Below, one piece after another: positions 61,817-64,000 of a stretch of DNA of 64,000 nt. The number at the start of each line of letters is the position of its first letter. The stretch's first letter is position 1. Under the pieces are notes generated by a model, which was not told the DNA's origin, made no database searches, and was given only the letters and a program-made list of their open reading frames with translations. This DNA is from Felis catus (taxonomy: Eukaryota). Where the stretch lies: NCBI RefSeq assembly GCF_018350175.1, contig NC_058368.1, positions 194,558,001 to 194,622,000 on the forward strand. Reading direction: 5' to 3'. A program made the translations under genes and the position numbers.

Positions 61817-62105
61817 TGCTCTTTGGTCTGAATGTTTGTGTGCCCCTCAAATTCATATGTTGAAATCCTAACCCCCAAAAGTAATGGGATTAGTGCCCTT
61901 AGGAAATAAAAAGTGATCCCTAGTCCTTCATGTCATGTGAGGATACAACAAGAAGTCTGTGACCTAGAAAAGGACCCTCACCTGACCATGTTGGCCACCT
62001 GATCTCAGAAATGTAGCCTCCGGAATTATGACCTATAAATTTCCGCTGCTTATAAGCTAGCCAGTCTGTGGTGCTTTGTTAGAACAGCCTGAAGGGAGTA
62101 AGTCA
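61817..62105 (+). mobile_element. MLT1A-like LTR nested in L1MA
   Basis: ggtctgaatgtttgtgtgcccctcaaattcatatgttgaaatcctaacccccaa...ttataagctagccagtctgtggtgctttgtt. Confidence 0.85.
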
Positions 62106-62684
62106 GGCCCTATGCTATACAGCAGACCTCTAGGACTTATTCATCCCATGTAAATGAAACTTTGTACCTTTGACTAATACCTCCCATTAATACCTTCTGT
62201 CGGCCTGTGGCAACCACCTTTCTACTCTCTGCTTCTATGAGCTTGACTTTTTTAGATTGTATCATCAAAATGGTAACATGTAGTATTTGTCCTTCTGTGA
62301 CTGGCTTACTTCACTTAGCATGATGTCTTCAAGGTTCATCCATATTATTACTAATGGCAAGATTTCTATCTTTTTTAAGGCTGAATAACATTCCATTGTA
62401 TATACTGCATTTTTAAAAAATCCACTTATCTGTTGATAGACATTTAGGTTGCTTTCATATCTTGGCTATTGTGAATAATTCTGTGATGAACACCTGAGCA
62501 CAGATATCATTTCAAGGTATTAATTTCGTTTCCTTTGGGAATATACCCAGAAGAAGGATTAATGGATCATGGAGTGCTTCTGTTTTAATTTTTTGAGGAC
62601 CCTCCATGCTGTTTTCTAAGTTTGTTGTAAATTGTGTCTGTACCAGTTTGCATTCCCACCAACAGTGATATTCCTTTTCTCCAC

Positions 62685-62866
62685 TATATATTATATATTA
62701 TATTAATATTATTTTATATTATATTTATATTACATTATATTAATATATATCATATTGCTATAATAAATATTATATTATGTTAATAAACATTATATTATAA
62801 TAAATATTATATAATTATTATACTATATTAATATAAGAATTATATATATTAATTATACATATATAA
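62685..62866. repeat. AT-only low-complexity expansion, (TATAT/TATTA)n
   Basis: About 180 bp of almost pure A/T inside the L1MA. Confidence 0.92.
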
Positions 62867-63504
62867 CTGCCATCCTAACAGGCTTGAGGTGATATCTCAT
62901 TCTAGTTTTCATTTGCATTTCCCTGATGATTACTAATGTTGATTACTCATTTTCACGTACCTGTGGGCCATTTGTGCATCTTCTTGAAGAAATGTCTATT
63001 CAATTCCTTTGCTCATTTTTAAATTGGACTATTTTGTTTTTTTGCTATTGAGTTGTAGATATATTTTATATAATAATCCTTATATATTTTAGATAATAAT
63101 CTCTTGTCCGATATACAGTTTGCAAATATTTTTCTCCCATTCTGCAGGTTGCCTTTTTATTTTGTTGATTATTTCCTTTGCTGTGCATAAGCTTTGGTAC
63201 ATACTCCTTTTTAACCCTAGTCTGCAAACAAACAGAGGTACAGGGAAACCAACTAACTATATGGGGTTAAAGTTGGAATTCAATCACAGGTCCACATGAT
63301 CTCAGAGTCCCACGATTATAATGTGTAAAGGTAATATCCAGAAGAATTACATATACATCCAGACTGAAAATGGAATAAGAGGGCATGGGTCAAACTAAAG
63401 CAGGATGAACCTCAACTAGACATAAAGAAGATTTTGGTGAGAAAGAATTTAGGGAAATAAAAAGAGGACTAGTCAAGGACTCAATCCCCAGTGTTGTCAA
63501 CAAC

Positions 63505-63710
63505 AACAAGAATAGTAAATACTTACACATAATTTACCATGAGCCAGTCTCTATTTTAAGGGCTTTATATAAATTAACTCACTTACCACCACTTTACAGA
63601 TGAGTTAGCTGAGGCATAAAGAGGTTACACACCTAGGAAGCAATATCCTGGAATTCAAACCCAAGCCATTTGGCTCCAGAATCTACACTCTTGGCCACCA
63701 TGACAATAGT
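63505..63710 (-). mobile_element. MIR SINE
   Basis: actttacagatgagttagctgaggcataaagaggtta...ggaattcaaacccaagccatttggctccaga. Confidence 0.8.
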
Positions 63711-64000
63711 TATTCAAGTAAACTTTGGCAATTCCCATCCTTTCCCTTGGTCTCTGTCTCAAATACAAAATGGAGGAGTTGGTTTCAATGATCTTCATAG
63801 TTTCTTCCAACTCTGATCTTTTTTTTAGTCTAATTTTATTTAAAGTATAGATTTCCCCTTTTCTGCAAGAATATTTTAAAATTAGATGCCTTCTTGAGGA
63901 AAGATTAGACACAGTCTTGCCTGAACCTGGAAGTGACGTAGATACCCTCTCAAAGTCAAGAAATAATGAGTGATAACTCAACTCATAGGGAATTCCTGGG

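Larger units (their letters stand above)
61585..63195 (-). mobile_element. L1MA-like 3' portion, interrupted by MLT1A and an AT-rich expansion
   Basis: tttattgaggtatgact...gtatttgtccttctgtgactggcttacttcacttagcat...tttgcatttccctgatgattact...tttcctttgctgtgcataagcttt. Confidence 0.9.
61245..63320 (-). mobile_element. MIR split into two halves (about 61245-61350 and 63200-63320) by later insertions
   Basis: Left half gctaagtgcttttatg...ctcattgaaacctatcagcaaccct; right half aacagaggtacaggg...ggaattcaatcacaggtc...gatctcagagtccca. Confidence 0.55.

Noticed and set aside
1..64000. Inferring the host-gene strand from repeat orientation
   Set aside because: The signals conflict: most LTRs are on +, while four of five L1s are on -. 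The numbers are too small to decide.

Overview
Mammalian non-coding DNA, almost certainly from a felid. It carries about 24 tRNA-derived Can-SINEs, several of them the young, CpG-intact felid subfamily GGGGCGCCTGGGTGGCGCAGTCGGTTAAGCGTCCGACTTCAGCCAGGTCACGATCTCGCGG with near-perfect target-site duplications (TSDs). It also holds carnivore L1 3' ends, a carnivore-type ERV1 solo LTR, and a dense background of ancient eutherian repeats (roughly 35-40 MIRs by eye, many L2, some L3/L4, MLT1/LTR16 LTRs, MER5/MER58/MER113-like hAT elements). I recognise no protein-coding gene, RNA gene, CpG island or CRISPR array. The supplied ORFs are short and mostly derive from SINEs, microsatellites or chance. The window looks like part of a very large intron or gene desert, and I cannot name the locus. 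I found no evidence of a novel multi-gene system. The best leads are: (i) a well-formed 92-nt minus-strand exon candidate with stops in all three frames (61095-61186); (ii) an 18-nt minus-strand microexon candidate with an upstream UGC and a downstream (UG)n tract (12858-12875); (iii) a possible signal-peptide-like exon (2984-3143); (iv) repeat-free segments with nested hairpins or motif clusters (15507-15773, 36836-37340, 21500-21720); (v) local duplications inside old LINEs; and (vi) multi-layer transposon nests. Repeat subfamily names come from my recollection of consensus sequences, and boundaries of old repeats are approximate.
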